Assembly: GCA_023515795.1 (NCBI GenBank)
Contig: JALGPX010000129.1
Span: 1 to 34,067, forward strand
From: Amoeboaphelidium occidentale
Lineage: Eukaryota
Direction of reading: 5' to 3'
DNA: 34,067 nucleotides
Shown here: piece after piece, positions 31,489 to 34,067 of the stretch
How the letters are laid out: every line of letters starts with the position of its first letter
How positions within the stretch are numbered: position 1 is the stretch's first letter
The notes under the pieces: generated by a model
The model's input: only the letters and a program-made list of their open reading frames with translations
The model's database searches: none
What the model was told of the DNA's origin: nothing
Program-made: the position numbers and the translations under genes

Positions 31489-33572
31489 ATGGAGGCCCCA
31501 AAATACAACAGTTTGGCCTCAGGTGGAGCTCTATCATCCACTCCGCAATCCCAAAATGAAGTCCGGAACAGCGAAGGACAGCTTCTTTGTCGATGGGTCA
31601 AGCAGGCCACTGGACAATACTGCAACGAATGCTTTGATAGTGGGGCAGATTTGTTTCATCATATCACTGAATTGCATATCGGAAGAAAGTCTTTGGGAAA
31701 TTTAAGTTTGTACTGCTCTTGGAATAATTGCGGACATGTCACAGAGAAGCGAGATCATATTGTCAGTCATGCTCGCGTTCACGTTCCTAGTTTTAAACCA
31801 CATGCTTGTCCAGTAAGTTCATGATAACTCAAAATAACATTTAGGATTGTGATAAGGCATTCAGCAGGTCACAGGATTTGAAGAAGCACTTGAAGACACA
31901 CGGCAAAAGTCCTTTACTTTCCTCTGCTGCATCTCCACAGACTCAATATAACTCGCCGCCAGCAAAGCAGAACAACAATCTTCGTTTGCAGATACCGACT
32001 GGATACTCACAAAAGATTGCGATCGCTCCGTACAGTGCTCCTATCTCCCCTGGACATATTCAACATCAACAGCAATTAATGTTTCAGCATCAAATGGCTC
32101 TTCAGAACCAAAACATTTATGGTTTAATATCTGGGCACCCATTTGGATCATCTGTACCCGCGCTTAGTGGCCCTAATACTTCCTCTTCTGATGCTTCTTT
32201 GAAACGATCACGTGATGCTCCTGTCAATTTTCAACCTATTGCACCATTGCCGTCTCACAATGCTGTTCCTGTTGTTAATCAAGCTATGAATGTGCATCAG
32301 TCATCAAAGGCCGGAAAAGAGGAAATGGATATGCTAATATCGGATTTTATTGGAAGTATCAAAAGGAAGAAAGTTACGCCGGAATACAATGAAGAAATGG
32401 CTGCTACTCTTGATGCTATTGCTGAGTTTGTTATTCCATCAATTTCAATTCCAAATAACTATTCAAATGTTGATGCACCGATTACTCCTGTTTTTGATCC
32501 TGACACGGAAATGTCTTCTTTCCTGGCAGATGCTAGTAAAACGAGAGATGCTTTGGCTTCAAATGTAAATTCTCCAACAGAACTGAACGAAGTCAATTCA
32601 TTCTTGACTCAGCTTTATGAGAATTTACAGGCGACTCCGGCTGTTAATGAAGCTGATCGTTCTGGTCAAGAGTCTGAAAGCATGGAAGATACTTCTTTCT
32701 TGGATGAATTTTTGAGGAGCTCTTCTGTTGAATTTGAGTCATCTGTTGTTAATCAAGTGGAAATCGTCAAGGAATCTCAGTTAACCGCAAAAGCAAGTAC
32801 GCAATCATTCCGTTTTGATCCTGAAGAATTTGAAACGACTTATCCTCATTCTGCAGTTGAAGATAGAATGAAAAGCTTGGAGTTCGTTTCGCTATCAGAA
32901 TCTGAATTGGATCGTTTCTTTGAAGAATCTGAAAACAGCAATGGGAAGAATATCGCCAACAAAGATCTTAGAATGGATCTGCTCAAGAAGGGTATGGAAA
33001 AACTTGCTATTCAGAATCAAGAAGAAATCAAAAACAAGAACAAGCATTTTGCAGATAATTCGGAAATTGAAGTTAAGAGAAACACGAGGGGTAGATATCC
33101 TTCTAATGTTTTGGTTTCATCCCCACCACAAGATACTGTTGAAAAGAAACCTGCTGATTATGTTTTATCTGATCCTTCTTCGATTGTTCGTCAGTTGAAG
33201 AAGGGACACTTCAAATCAGATAGTGTTAGCAAGCATAAAAACATTGCATCTGAACAAAACTCTGGTAATAGCTCTGTCCAAGCAAGTGCTTCTCGCAAAC
33301 CTACCTTGGGCTCTCCACTTGATCGCACAAAGTCTGGGAAATATCACACTGCGTCGCCTTCCTCTTCTCTGTCTCCAACGCGAAGACTATCAAGAGCTTC
33401 TTTGCTCGCTTCGAAAAGAAAACCTCTTACGAGATCTCAATCGCAACCTATTTTGCCTTCAGCTGATATTCTTGCTCAAAAACGTATGCGGGAGTATCAT
33501 GGTTATGTTATATCAATGATCATGAAGCAACTAGAGAGGATATGGCAGGATGCCAAGAAAGCAGAGGCTTAA
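31489..33572 (+). CDS. pacC: pH-response C2H2 zinc-finger transcription factor PacC/Rim101; intron 31813-31844
   Basis: Three fingers: [17 protein letters not shown]...[40 protein letters not shown]. PacC-like downstream blocks DF...[10 protein letters not shown] and [12 protein letters not shown]. Confidence 0.9.
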
Positions 33573-33749
33573 TCTTCATAATATAAAATAAATTGTTTCT
33601 CATGTCAAAGTAGGGTAGTGGCTATCGTTTAACTAATGGACCTTGCTAAAGTAAACAATCAACTTTGGCATCAGACACACTTTGAGACAGCACAAGTAAA
33701 CAGCTTTTTATTAAAGTAGCACTAACATAACCACCGTAATATGAAACAA

Positions 33750-33906
33750 TTACTTCTTGTTCTTTGGGTTGTGTGGAGATGTCTTCCACTACAGTTTCAA
33801 GCAAAAGCATGGATAAGTTGATCGTTAGGAACAGAGCACACTTACATTTCCTGCGGCCTTCTTGAAGGCTTCCTTGTGATCTAAGTTTGGATGATCTTTC
33901 TTGACC
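33750..33906 (-). CDS. 3' end of a small YABBY/HMG-box-like protein (partial); intron 33789-33845
   Basis: Spliced VKKDHPNLDHKEAFKKAAGN|WKTSPHNPKNKK* with a GTAAGT...TGTAG intron. The 5' part is lost at N33907 and the window end. Confidence 0.75.
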
Positions 33907-34067
33907 NTAATGGACCTTGCTAAAGTAAACAATCAACTTTGGCATCAGACACACTTTGAGACAGCACAAGTAAACAGCTTTTTATTAAAGAAGCACTAAA
34001 ACAACCACCGTAATATGAAACAATTACTTCTTGTTCTTTGGGTTGTGTGGAGATGTCTTCCACTACA

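Noticed and set aside
33646..33969. 107-aa minus-strand ORF
   Set aside because: It spans an N join and duplicated sequence; the real gene is the spliced YABBY/HMG-like exon pair in another frame.

Overview
This is a very gene-dense eukaryotic window with the standard genetic code, short GT-AG introns (32-57 nt in coding regions) and intergenic gaps as small as 2-9 bp. The gene set (PacC/Rim101, LOC1-like, DUF1769) points to a fungus or close relative, probably early-diverging (inference). Bases 1-3915 are a stack of hAT transposon fragments joined at single Ns, with a 15-bp TIR pair, ATTGCAAT subterminal repeats and a nested 181-bp solo LTR with a 5-bp target duplication. Next come a truncated GH1 glycosidase remnant and housekeeping genes: DPH1, a formin, LOC1-like, HNT2/FHIT (with an in-frame TAG), Rab7, NSRP1-like, a bacterial-type isocitrate dehydrogenase with introns, GST-kappa, SEC3, NTM1, DUF1769, RPS7, AP-2 mu, ARP2, RPL22, an orphan, PacC and the end of a YABBY/HMG-like gene. 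The most notable items are a 1.43-kb segment encoding a PD-(D/E)xK-like nuclease bracketed by 28-bp direct repeats, two intergenic regions that fold into long nested stems (candidate ncRNAs), and the Thermus/Rickettsia-type IDH. Four N-flanked duplications are assembly artefacts with allelic SNPs. All family assignments are by motif recognition; no searches were run.
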